From contig CAVNZM010000005.1 in the NCBI GenBank assembly GCA_963693365.1, positions 10,687,728-10,751,727 on the forward strand: 64,000 bases of DNA. Reading direction: 5' to 3'. The notes below the pieces were generated by a model. The model had not been told where the DNA came from, did no database searches, and was given only the letters and a program-made list of their open reading frames with translations. The DNA comes from Amoebidium appalachense. Taxonomy: Eukaryota; Protista; Ichthyosporea. Positions within the stretch are counted from its first letter, which is position 1. Every line of letters starts with the position of its first letter. Both the position numbers and the translations under genes were made by a program. Below are positions 39,096 to 64,000 of the stretch, one piece after another.

Positions 39096-39496
39096 TGAAA
39101 CTAGGGGTTTAAACTCGCAAATTCGCAAATAGGAATTGGTTTTTGGGTGCTTGAGGTTGAATTTGGGGTTTTTGTTTTGTCATTTTTGGGGCATTATGAG
39201 TTCGGTTACATCCAGGGCGTGTGGGGTTTATGGCATTGCGGCTTTCACGGTGTTTGTGGGTTTTAGGTAGATGGGTACCAGGGTTGAGAATGTAATGTGC
39301 GGTTGGTATGCACCATACATGCGCAACATATGCACACGTCTGCACGCATGCATACATTGTCATGCTGAATCATTTTGTCCGAAACACACGCACGCTCGCG
39401 CAGTCACGCACGCACACACACGTGTGAGCGTGCGCATCGCTCACACTCACAACATATGTGCACACGCACGCACGCACGCACACACACACACACACA

Positions 39497-39549
<53 letters not shown>

Positions 39550-39577
39550 CACACGCACGCACGCACGCACGCGCGCG

Positions 39578-39632
<55 letters not shown>

Positions 39633-40330
39633 GAATACACACGTTGAATATACTCATGCTCAGACATTATATGTTTTTGATGCTTTTGAATCTAATCCCC
39701 ATTGAAATTCATTTGCACAATAGTCAAGCCCACTGTACCAGCAATGTATGACAAACCAAGTCTTATATGCCTATATTCCTACTTTTTTTATTGTTATGTA
39801 TGTAGTCATCTTCCTGAAATCACTGTTACACTTGTCCTTTTTTCTTGATAACGTAGGAAGTTCCTGTTCAGTTGCCAATCTGAATGTGGCTATTCTTTGA
39901 AGTTGTATAATTAGCAAATATTTCCCGTGCGCTTTCTGTTTCTGTGCTTGTTAATGGTGTTTATTAAACTTTTGTTGAGTATTTGGTTGATCTAACCAAA
40001 ATGAGTCCTAAAATTTCGAATATATTCGGCCAACAGCACCGTGTCTTGGCGCCCTTCTATATCATAGGTAAGCGATTCGTATATTCTTTAGCCATTAATT
40101 CCATGAAATTCAATGTGCAACGTGTTTAACTAGGAGGGACGGACCCGGAGCTTGCGCATCATCCTGCCGCTGAATCCATGCATTTATGTACATGTGCGTG
40201 TGTGTGTGTGCATCTGATTCCCACACGTGCATGTTTTGTAGTAATGTATTATGTGGCTGTATGTGCCCGTGTGTGTGTGGTACCGGCAGCAGTGGTGAGT
40301 TCGAGCAGGACGTACGCGTGCTGTGTAAAA

Positions 40331-40592
40331 CAACTAAAAAAGTAGGAATATATCGCAATCATTCAAAAAATTTGTATGGACCAGTAATTTGCGCGCGATC
40401 TGACTGATTAGCCACATATATGGAAATTTGGGCGGGAAGTTTTGGCGTGCAAAAAAAAAAAGAAGCTATGCATGATAAATCAACTAAAAAGTAGGAAAAA
40501 GCAATGGCGAGCTCAAGAAGGGTGCACCGTGTAATTATCTCAACTCAAAAAGTAGAGAAGTTTTGATAAAATAAGCAAAAAATTAGGAATAT
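40331..40592. repeat. Cluster of CAACTAAAAA(A)GTAGGAA-like motifs, probable transposon subterminal repeats
   Basis: Copies at 40331, 40481, 40541 and ~40575; inverted copies at 39776 and 20259. Confidence 0.55.
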
Positions 40593-41242
40593 TGCAGGAG
40601 CACACGTGCAACAGTATGCGGTACGTACATACGTGTCACCACACATTGACGTATTTTTTCCTACGCGTAGTGTGCGTGCCGCAGTGGGCGTGTGCAGCGT
40701 GTGGGTACACTAATTTAAAACTACATGTGTAATTCAACCGGAAAGAGGAGACAGACAACTCATACATTGCGCGATTGTTTATTGACAAAACGTCGGCAGA
40801 GGCACAACCATATACCATAAACAGTGTCTACTTTCACACTCATCCATGCTAATATAGTGGCTGCTAATAACCCCACACATGTCACATGCTCATTCTACTT
40901 GCTATAGGCAACACAGGAACACCGGAGATGATGGGGGTGGTGGATCGAGATAACTACGCCCGGGGAGGTGGGGCAAAAAAAGATGTGGATGCACTAGCTC
41001 AAAGGCAAAAGCGATCACTTGCAGGAGAACCATGGATCATTTTACAAAAAACCTCTAACGTTGGCTACCCTAATAATTTCAACGCTGAACGGAGGGGAAT
41101 ACAGCAAACGGAGGTATGTACGTGTGCGTGTTCGTGTGTGTGTTTTGGGAGGGGACAAAGCGTCCTCATCTAAAGACTATACAGAAACCGCAAAAACCGC
41201 AAAAAATACAACCTAGTGACCTCTGCATACAACAACGAACAC

Positions 41243-41426
41243 TTAGGCCTTGATTGGGTTCAGGGGCTTTTCATCCGCATCAATATCGCTCTCAGAGGTG
41301 GGGACAGGCACGTAGGCGGGGGGGTGCATCACTGGGTGTGTTTGTCTTTGCACGTGCACTCGACACAAGAAGGGTCAGGGTGATGGAAAGCGCCATCAGA
41401 AGAGCCGCCACCATCATGTAGCACTG

Positions 41427-41489
<63 letters not shown>

Positions 41490-42953
41490 GGGGGAGCGAG
41501 AGGGGGGGGGAGGGGGGGGGGGGGGGGGGGGGTGTGAGGGGGGGGATTTGTGGTGAGTGAGGGTGAGTGAGGGAGAAAATCAAAAATATACTGTCACTTG
41601 AAAAAGGGGAATGCAGAAGCATGTGTGCGCACGGACACGGATGTACACATGGACACAAACAACCTCGTCATACAATTTCGAGGCATATGCTACTACCCCC
41701 CCCCCCCCCCCCCCCCCCCCCCCATCCCCCCTTCATTCCCCTCCCTCTTTCCGAAAACCGCTAAGCACCACCACGACAACACACACGCGCCAGGAAACAC
41801 ACACACACACGAAAAAAGAAAACACACACACACAGAAACACAGAGAGACACAGAGACCCACACCAACACACACAAAAAAGCACATACACGTGCAGATGAA
41901 CAAACACACACCCACGAACACGTATATGCATGCGGGCACACACAAACACATGCGTGAGTGCGCACATGCCCATGAATGCAAACATGTGAGCAAACACAAA
42001 CACAAGTGCGCACTTGTGAATGCTTGCACACGCGCGGGCGCACGCATGCACACACACACACACACGCACATGCACATGCACATGCACACGCACACACACC
42101 TGCAGGAAATCCTGGGGGGGCACTTCGGGCTCAGCATCTTCACTCTTTGCGTCCACGCCATCAGCTGCCGGGGCCTCTTCACCCTGCTGGTGCATCATGC
42201 GCATGTGCTCCATCACATGGTCTGAAAAAAACGAAAAATATTTCGAAATTAGTTTAAACACTTCAAAAGTGTAAGTCAAAAATTACCATTTCCTCCCATC
42301 ATTCACAACTAGAAAGAACTTGTTTTGAATGTGGTTCATGTATGTTCCTCTGTACGTTCCTCTGCTCAGTTTCAAAAGACTCGAGAACCAACTGCCCAAA
42401 ACCCCGTCGGACAAGAAACCCACGCATTGAAGCACACACAGTCAACACAGGGGTTTTGTGGTCAAGTACCGTTTGCATGGAAGCGCATGTGCCACGCACG
42501 TGCCGCAGCCAGGACCGATTTGCACTCCTCCGACACCTTGTCAATGTTGGCCGATAGGGCATTTCCACTTCTGGCACCGTGGGCCCTCGGTCCCACACAG
42601 CCGGTCGGAATCAGCTCCACAGAACTTGCGCATGTGCTCACGGAAAGGTCCCTGTGCCAAAGAGGGAAAAAATATATATAAAAAAGAAATAAAACAATTA
42701 AAAACAATTAAAAAATAAATAAAAATTAATTAACTTTGTGAAGGGGCTCATGATTGTGACTACGTAGGAGGCAATTGTTTAAGAGGCAATTGTTAGTGAA
42801 AGGAAATCTCAAAAGAGGGCTATGTTAACCGTTGGAAAACGTCTTCAAAATCAAAGATGGGGTGTAGAACCAAGCAAGCGAAACTGTCGCACCAGGGGCA
42901 AAAAAAACAAAAGTCACCGACAGCAGTTTTACTCATCACCATCTTCCTGAGCC

Positions 42954-42990
<37 letters not shown>

Positions 42991-44695
42991 AAAGTGAAAT
43001 AACTAAGAAATCGCGCGCGTGAGTGTGAGTGTGCGCGCGCGCGCGCGCGCGCGCACACGCACGTGTGCGTGTACGTGTTTGCGTGTGTGTATGCGCTCGC
43101 GCAATAAAATAAATACCGACGATTATTGTGTACAAAGAGTTCCCAACCCTACTTGACACCCCATTTCTATGCTAAGACCAGCACACCATACCTTTCCATG
43201 ACCGCCATTTCCATGGTGATGTCCGTGCATATGCTTCATCCACCCCTGCCCCTCCCCCTTCACCTCCACCTTGCCCATCTCTCCCCCAGCACTGTTGATA
43301 GCATCCATCGGCATGTGGTCAGCGGGCATCACGGCAATGTTTGCCCAGCCAACAACAGGGAACGCTGGCATGGGAGGAACGGGCGCTTTTTCTGTAATTG
43401 CGTTGTGCACGCCCTTGAAACATCCATCCACAACATTCTTCACCTCGTGGCGAACCAGATGGAACTCGTACATTGCTTGGCAGGCGGGGGAGAGCTTGTC
43501 CTTGTTCTTTGTGAAGCAGTCCGTCTTGAAAAACTGGAATCGGGGAAATGTCAGCCAAAGAAAATAAGCAGAGAATAACTATATAGGGACAATCTACGCA
43601 AAAAGGAGTTTGCACATACTTGTTCCATATATGGGTGAGCCGACCGAATAGGTTTCGATCTAAACGAATAACAAATACCCCTTGAATACCCCTTGGCAAA
43701 GGTACACATGGGGGTGCCCCTCGTATGTACGTGTCCAAATCTGTTTCATTCTACCAGAGGTATCTTGAAGCATAAAACTTTCAGTAGCATTGTCTAGAGA
43801 TCAGCCAAACAGAAATGTGGGCTGTACATGAATATCTGGCCCACGAGGAAAACAAAAGCGAAAAGAGGGCAAAGGGGAAAAAGCAGGGCACAGAAAATGG
43901 CTGCAGAAAACAACAGGAAATTTTCGTGGTTTTCTTCTTTTTTTTTTCTTTCTTTCTTTTTTTGGGGTGGAGGGGGGGGGGGGAGGGGGGGGGGGCCAAA
44001 AAGTGCCCACAAAACAAATATCATGGCGTCAGCGGTTATCGCAGTGTGCTGTCACGCCACAACCGTCACATGTTACATAAATACCACGGGCAGCACAAAC
44101 ACATACAAACACACACAAAAAAAAAGCGGAAGTGAGTGTAAGGCAAAAAAAACAAAGAATAACACACATACACACGTTCGCTCATCAACCCCTGATTTTG
44201 CGCTAACAGTCATCATGGCACCAACAACCAGAATCAGAACATTCGAAAGAAGAAATAAATACAGGATGTTCTTTTTTCGCCATGGCGTTACATTAATCCA
44301 TTACTAGCGCAAGGAGGAAAAAACAACAACAACAACAACAACCAAAAAAAAAAAAAAAACCAAAAAAAACAAACTACTACACCCATTCTAAAGTCTACCA
44401 ACCAAAAGAGCGCAGGTACTGCTCAACTTTTCGTATTTTTAAGAGGAAAACATGCAATTAACTGACAAAGCCTATTCAAAACAGAGAAAAGAAACCAAAA
44501 CAACCACAAATCAAAGCACACACAACCCTTCATTCCTTCACCCATTCTTTTCTCCTTTCAACATACCGGCATGGGTGGTTTCTGCTTGACCTCCTCAGGG
44601 CAGAGCCTCTTCATATCTGGCCAGCACGGGCTGCCTAGGCCGTGGCCTGAAGCAAGCCCGAAGGCAGCCACCAGGCACAGTGTGGACAAAGCCAT
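41243..44695 (-). CDS. Type I membrane protein with two GLG1-type (Cys_rich_FGFR) repeats and His/Met-rich linkers; two +1 frameshifts in this sequence
   Basis: Exons 44695-44567, 43533-43192, 42651-42470, 42221-42100, 41426-41243. Signal MALSTLCLVAAFGLASG; repeats CWPDMKRLC...CFTKNKDKLSPAC and CGADSDRLC...KC/LSANIDKVSEEC; TM MMVAALLMALSITLTLLV; tail PP/AYVPVPTSESDIDADEK. The model needs one base removed at 42557-42559 and one at 41318-41324. Confidence 0.75.
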
Positions 44696-44699
44696 GTTG

Positions 44700-46060
44700 A
44701 ATGAAGCCAAGACTGAGTCTAAACCAAATTCCTCGACCGAAATTATTAAAAACCACGTAAATTGCTACGAGAAAAAATGGCTACAGATGACGAAAAAAAA
44801 AAAAAAAAAAAAAAAAGGATAACTGCAAGGAAATCTATAATGGTTAAACACCTACTTTGGTACTGATTATTCTTTATAAGTACCGGCTAACAGAGAACAT
44901 GGAGGGAAAAAACCAAACAAGCCAAGGCGTTCTAATCGTCACACTCAATCAGTTTCTGTGACAGCTGATCGGAAAGTTCGATTTGAGTTCAGTGGTCGCT
45001 ATTTTATGCGGCAGCTCCACTTCCTTATCGCCGCGATCCGCCCAATCAAAATAGCGCAAGCGGGAATGTCAGATTACTATTGGATCACAGCCTGTTCTCC
45101 ATAAACCAAGCTATTAATAGGAATTCGTAGTAATAAAGTCATTATTAAAAAAAGGAATTCGTAGCCTCGCAGCAATATCATTGAAAACGGGGTCTTTTTA
45201 TTTGAAAAATGCAAACGTCAAATGTTTTCAAGCTGCCATATGACGCATTTTGCTTATATTTAACTGATAAAAATGGTACATATGTATATAAATATTGATA
45301 CTTATATTTTCTGTGACGACAACTACATACGTAATTTTGCTGGTGTGCTGTTGTAACTAACACTACTAATATTGAGCCAAGCTTTCAATTTTCAGCGCAG
45401 GAGTCTAGGGATAAACTCTGCATTGGCTGATTTCGGCTCGCCGGCAGGTTATCGAATTTTATACTTAAAGACTCATTCATAAAGCTTACTAAAGCTACAA
45501 GGCCTATAATGTCATGTCTATACTGTACCATGACGACGAAATATGGACCAATCGGACTGATTCCCCTAGATAGGAATTTGGTTGGTCACCGTGCGGCCCG
45601 CTGCGGCGGCGCGCCGGATCGCCGTGTCCGTTCAGTTTCAGAAATGTGAGGCCTGCGGGGGGAGAGAGAAAACATCGGAAAAGGAAGATTAAATAGAGAA
45701 ATTAGGGTTTAGGATAGTAGTAGAATCTGAAAGAGGCCTCCTTTAGGGTTTGTTTTTTTAAATTTTGCGGGCGCTAGGTGGATGTTTGCAATCTAGAAAC
45801 CTACACGCACCACGAGCTAGCTCACTACCTCAGGAATTTTTCGAATTCGCCTTGGAGTGGCAGGCTGGTTGAATTGTGAGCAGCAGCCGAACACAGAACG
45901 AGAAGGAAGACAAAGAAGCAAAAATACAATCAAGGGCAACGGTTTGGGAAAGGTGTTCATCGGATCTCCGCTACGGCGGAAAAACCTCTTTTGAACGACA
46001 TCAGTCGTTTACTTGCAGCTAAAGAACTGGTTCTTCCTTAGGGTGGTCGAGTTCTTGAGA
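44700..46060. promoter_or_regulatory. Putative bidirectional promoter between the GLG1-like and furin genes
   Basis: Essentially microsatellite-free 1.36-kb spacer. CCAAT/ATTGG boxes at ~45042, 45079, 45422 and 45548; CpG-rich patch 45590-45630; telo-box-like TTAGGGTTT at 45702 and 45743. Confidence 0.55.
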
Positions 46061-58743
<12,683 letters not shown>

Positions 58744-60407
58744 TCTCCCCCCCCCCCCCTCCCTCCCCCTCCCCTGCCCCACTTTCTTCCCGAAGACCGG
58801 GCACAATTAATTTAAACAGTTGCACATAGGCACACATGCAGATACATATGCATACACTGAACTATCAAATTGGATGTGACACCTCCCCTTTTCAGCTTAT
58901 ATTGTTTTTCTTCTTAGTTTGCACGCGCACCGCGCGGATGAACACACAGACAAATGTGTATACGTGCACACAAGCATGGTACTCCTACCATACACACACG
59001 TGCGCGCACACACACACCACACACACACACACACAACACACAGGCAGACACACACACACACACAAGAGTATTTTTCACACACGGCTTACACAACACACGG
59101 AAATGACGGCTGGTGTTGAATGTAGTATGCCTGAAGACCAATTCAGCAGACCCACTGGTGTATGCTTAGAGGCACGAATCAGTGTGATACCATGTATGAT
59201 AGGTTTTTGAAACTCCACGAATGCACCACATCAATATCTAATGTAAGACATATCCTACTAATGACCTTTCCCCGAAAAAAAGAGAATTTCGGTATATCTT
59301 ACAAAGAAAATGAGAAAGTTGTGCTTCTGGTGCAGGCACCAGTAAGCAACCATATTCCGGATTTATATAGGTTAGCTCGAGAGCACAGGTAGCTTTTGGT
59401 TTCTATGGCAATAGATTGGATATGCAACATCACCCTCACAGAAATTCGCCTCGAGATATACTTGCCTGTCGGTTTAATGCAAATGTCAGATGTACATATG
59501 ATGATTTTCGGCCTGAAAAAGACTGAAGTCACGATGATCCAATAGAGATCAGTGCGAGGTTTGTTTCGTTGAAATCTCCCATGCGTGGTCGTTTCCCCTC
59601 CCCATCCCCACCCACCCACTCCCCCACTTAGTCACCCACCCACCTACTTCCCCTTTCCGAAGTAAACACAAAGGGACGTGGGCATGCACCACAGTGTCCA
59701 TGATGCGTGCGCACACGTGTGTACAGACACACACACACATGTACACACACACACACACACACACACAACACACAACACGCAAGTTCCTCTTGAATAAGTG
59801 CTCGATATACCGTAGTACCATTCATCTCGTATGATTTCCTGGACCAACGATATCAGATTGTGAATTCGAACCGGTCCTTTTTACGAAATAAAATAGCGTA
59901 CGCCTTGGTTACCTCTTGAGGACCAAAATTTAAATCTTTCCTGGCCTCACCTCAATTGCTACCAACTAGTGTGGGTGAGCCCTGCAGATCACAGTTATGC
60001 ATGCATCCGGCAGGCAGTTTCTAATCAGGGAGGGAGGGAGGGAGGGGAGGGGGGGGGGGGCTTGGGGGGACGGGGACTTCCGGGGGAGGATGGGTGGAGT
60101 GGGGAAGGGAGGGGGGAGAGGTACGGTCATGGAATCCCCCCGGGTTATCAGGCTGTGGGCCGGGAGCTGACCCTTGGACCCCATGGGATGCATGCGCATG
60201 CTATTGGGTGCAGGGTAACGTTACCCCCCCGGGGGGGGGGGGGGGGGGGTCCATGCTACCCGGCCAGGTTGCCGCATGAGGAAGGGGAGGGCATGGAACC
60301 CACTTGAACACCAATCATCAGGGGGGGGGGGGGGGGGGTTCCTTCGCAGGATTTTAAGTTAAATTTATCACTGATGATATGGTGCATCTGCGAGGCCTAT
60401 TATCATT

Positions 60408-60442
<35 letters not shown>

Positions 60443-60823
60443 GGGGGGGGGGGGGACTCCATATGGTACCCTCCGGAATGCGAGCAAGTACCGTACCATC
60501 ATGGGTGAATGTGATTTTACCGATTATTTCAAATGGCCTCCGCAGACGCGAATGTCGATAACATCGATAGGTATATAATCCACGAAAAAACAATCTTGTA
60601 AGCCAGATAAGCGGCTGTCATTTATTAAACAGCCTGGTGCGGTTGAGCATATTTAGACTAAAGATGTCATTCATTCATACCAAATTTGGTACAGAGGAGC
60701 TGAAACCCGAAACACATTAAACATTATCGTCAAATATGTACAAGAGTTTACGGTAAACAGAGCGTTTGAGGGCTGAAACGTACAGCACACTGTTTGGCGG
60801 GAAAGCTGGCTCACCTATAGGTG

Positions 60824-60880
<57 letters not shown>

Positions 60881-61100
60881 CGCGAGCGCACGCGTGTGCA
60901 CACGCATGTATGTGGTGGGGGTGTGTCCCTGCGTATCTGTATGTGAGCGTGTGTGTGTGTACTCATGCGCTTGGTCGTGACTGTGACACTGTGTGTCTGT
61001 CTGTGGCTGCAGATGAAAAACTATACGAGCATTTCTTTCATGCTTAGGCCACAAAAACAACAACTAAACTTACATTGCATTGACTCACCTGTACCCCGAC

Positions 61101-61743
61101 CTAGCTCAAACACTGCCTTAGCAACTGCAACGAATAGCCGCTCAAATTTTCAGGAAAACAAACACGAAAAGAAACCACCAAATTACCGTTTTCTGTCATC
61201 CCCTTTCCCGGAATAACCTTTTTTTGCGTGGGTTCCACAACCTGCCCGGTCAAGTCAATTTCTATCGCCTGGTCGTCAATAGTCGGAATCAGGGCGTGAA
61301 ATCCCAAAAGGGCTTCTTTCAGTGAAACTTCATGCGTGTAGTGAAGGTCATCTCCTTCTCTCCGGAAGAGAGGGTGGGGTTCTTGCACAATCCTAATTTC
61401 AAACCCTTTAATATTCGGAATTCGCATTGTTGCCCCGTCTTTTGTCCCTGCCCGTACACGCACCATGTGTGTTCTCCCATCGTGTTCCACCTTTTTTACT
61501 GTTCCGGTATGTAGCTCTTCCAAACTGCATTCCACATCGATAACCGTTTCAGCAGGTCTCTTAACCCCGTGTGGGCCGGTGCTATTTGTTCTCGCGGAAT
61601 TATTTCCGGGATATTTGTCAGAAAAATCCGAATAGCTGCACGGTGGATCCGATATTCCGTTCCGGAAAACTTCGAAAAAGGCTTCCCGCGATTTCGGCTT
61701 CATCAATTTTTCCATTATGTCAGGTTTGAAGAATGCCTCAAGG

Positions 61744-61832
<89 letters not shown>

Positions 61833-62606
61833 CGGTGTGCATGTCTGAGTCAGATGAAGGAGGTGATGGTGGTAGGGGCAATTGTGTTTGTGTGGAGGGG
61901 GGGGGACTAAGGGGGGGGGGGGGGGGGGGGGGGGGAGGGGAGGACTTTAATAAATACGAGAAATAATATTGGGGAACTTAAGTGTGCAGCTTAAACTACG
62001 CAAAAGTCAGAAAAGCTTACCAAGGCCACTGGGGCAGCACAACAACAAACATCTCAAGCCGTAAGCTCCCCTTAACCTGTTCATACCGGCAAATGTCCCT
62101 AGATAGTCCATTCAGAAACACAGAAACAGATACAGAAGTGTACGAAATAATGGTATTTCCCCCCAAACCAACTTTGAAAGTAGGTAAGGCATAGACGTGT
62201 CGATATCCACAAATTATTCGAGCTTTTTCTATCGATTTTGAGCCGCAATAGAGTTGTTTAGAGCTGTTACAGCTGGCCGGCTGCCGGCCAAATCAATTAG
62301 TTCCGGCCCGAAGAGTTAAAGGCAACTTACACGTGAGTTACAGCAGCAGAGACGGAGAGAAAGGGGGGGAGGGGAGAGGGGGGACCTTGGCAAGGTGGTT
62401 GTGTGTGTGTGTGAGCGGGGAGGGGGGGTTCCGATGCATGCATTAAAGGGTTGGAAATATGCAAGTGAAGCCATCAAAAGACCAAAAAAAACCAAAACGC
62501 GGAAGGGGAGGGGGAGGGGGGAGGGGGGGGGGGGGGCACCCTCTAGAAAGCCACATACAATGGTATAAGATGTTTTACTCACTAACGAAGCACAGGAAGA
62601 AAGCAC

Positions 62607-62669
<63 letters not shown>

Positions 62670-63731
62670 AAACAAAAAAAAAACACAAAAAAAAACAAAC
62701 ATAAACACAACAACAACAACAACAAAAAAAAACATACCCCAAAATTCACACATGCACGCATGCAAACACACACACACACACACACACACACCACATTACA
62801 CACACTCGCGCGCGCGTGCGCGCGCAAACACAAACACACACACACACACACACCTTCGGCAAACAAACAAACCAAAAATAAACAAACAGCCCCCTCCACT
62901 CCCCCGCCCATTAAAACAAAACAAAACAAAAAAAAAAAAAAAAAAAAAAGGGGGAGCCGAAGTTTGAAAAAAGAAAAGAGTAACCCGAGAAACAAAGAAG
63001 TCGATCTCCAAGAAGAAACCTTTGCTTCCTCCCCCTCCCTCCCCCTTCCCCCCTCCTCCCGCCCCCCCCCCCCCCCCCCCCCTCCTTATCAAGGGGGAAA
63101 AAAATCCCCACACCCATACACACCATCACAACCACCACCAGGTCCACCACCACCACCACCACTGCCACACCCACCCACCTACAACCTCCCCCCCTCCCCC
63201 CCCCCCCCCCCCCCCCTTTCCCCTATCACCGTTCGCCCCTACCCTCCACCTCATAGAAAAACACACATACGCGCGCACACAGGCACATACACGAGGAAGC
63301 ACTACGTCCCAAACACCTCCCCCGACCTACCCGCCGAGCCGTCACAAGACAAATAGGGAGGGAGAAAAAAACATAAGTAGGGGGGGAAAAAAAAGGAGGG
63401 GGGGGCGGGGGGAGGGGGTGGAGGGGGGGTGGAGGGAGAAAAATAAAAAAAAACTAGTAGAAAACACAGCTAAATCCACGCACACACCTGGTCCTGCGCG
63501 CAGCGAAGCCAAGTAGACATTCAACTTTTCTGGATCTTTCAGCGTCTCATACGCAGCACTTATCTCATTAAACCTCTTTTCCGCCCTCTTTTTCTCCTCC
63601 GCGCTCATGTTTGGCAGCTTGTCTGGATGGCAGGACCTCGCGGCCTCCCGAAAAGCTTTTTTGATAGCATTTGGATCTCGCGTGCCGTTGGGAAGACCCA
63701 AAACGGCGAAATAATCAGTTACTCCAGTCAT
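61101..63731 (-). CDS. DnaJ/Hsp40 class B (Sis1/DNAJB-like) co-chaperone
   Basis: Exon 1 63731-63488: J domain DYFAVLGL...IKKAFREAARSCHPDK...FNEISAAYETLKDP. Exon 2 61744-61101: CSLEELHTG, HPLFRREGDDL, VSLKEALLG, IPGKGM, GNLVVSFRVCFP. Phase-1 junction agrees. Confidence 0.9.
62072..62319. mobile_element. Second, shorter piggyBac-like MITE (opposite orientation) in the DnaJ intron
   Basis: TTAA|CCTGTTCATACCGGCAA is the exact reverse complement of the right end of the 53896-54464 element; the other end AAATCAATTAGTTCCGGCCCGAAGAG|TTAA resembles the reverse complement of its left end. Confidence 0.7.
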
Positions 63732-64000
63732 GCTTATCCTGTCAAAATGTTGTAAACAGCGTTCGCAGGAAACCGGGTTAGAGATGTGACGTTTTGACGT
63801 TGACAAGTGAGAGCGCACAGAATGGTTCACAGAGCATGTGGTGGACTGTAAAAGCAAAAAAAAAATCTCTAACAGCAATAATTGCGCCCACAACCTCTAA
63901 TGAAATTCACTGTAAGATGGCCTGTCGACCCCACACAGGCTCAGGAAAGCCACAAACCAAGGCACCGATGTTTTCAACAGTATATCAGTATGCTCTATTA

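Noticed and set aside
40331-40592. CRISPR-like repeat-spacer pattern
   Set aside because: Repeats are degenerate, spacing is irregular (150, 60, ~35 bp), there are no cas genes and the context is eukaryotic
45700-45752. Interstitial telomere
   Set aside because: Only isolated TTAGGG units; better read as promoter telo-box-like motifs
59160-59580. AT-rich coding-like stretch downstream of furin
   Set aside because: All frames are interrupted and no family motif was recognised
59860-59880. GTTCGA B-box/tRNA-like motifs (also at 54218 and 44977)
   Set aside because: No cloverleaf or correctly spaced A-box could be formed

Overview
Eukaryotic, intron-rich DNA whose introns and intergenic spacers are saturated with poly-G/poly-C runs and (CA)n/(GT)n/(GA)n microsatellites; almost all short ORFs in the supplied track are artefacts of these repeats. 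By splicing exons manually (GT-AG, phases checked) I find seven protein genes: (1) a 5'-incomplete WDR91-like WD40 gene (+, 161-13436); (2) an intronless homoisocitrate dehydrogenase (+); (3) an intronless secreted mosaic protein with ricin-B-like, 2 PAN, 2 EGF and SdrD-B-like domains (+); (4) a ~1500-aa low-complexity protein with a C-terminal RRM-like domain (+); (5) a small GLG1-type Cys-repeat membrane protein (-); (6) a 17-exon furin/kexin convertase (+), divergent from gene 5; (7) a DnaJ class B gene (-). Mobile DNA includes a 5'-truncated non-LTR retrotransposon, two piggyBac-like TTAA MITEs and several decayed fragments, one resembling a C5 cytosine methyltransferase. Gene content (furin-type convertase, alpha-aminoadipate enzyme, WDR91) suggests a unicellular opisthokont, possibly an ichthyosporean (inference only). 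Most notable: three apparent +1 sense-strand C frameshifts in two otherwise intact neighbouring genes (recoding, editing or assembly error); introns with C/G runs after the donor and (CA)n instead of a polypyrimidine tract; the bacterial-type SdrD-B domain fusion; and the methyltransferase-like relic next to a retroelement. All homology calls are by eye, with no database search.
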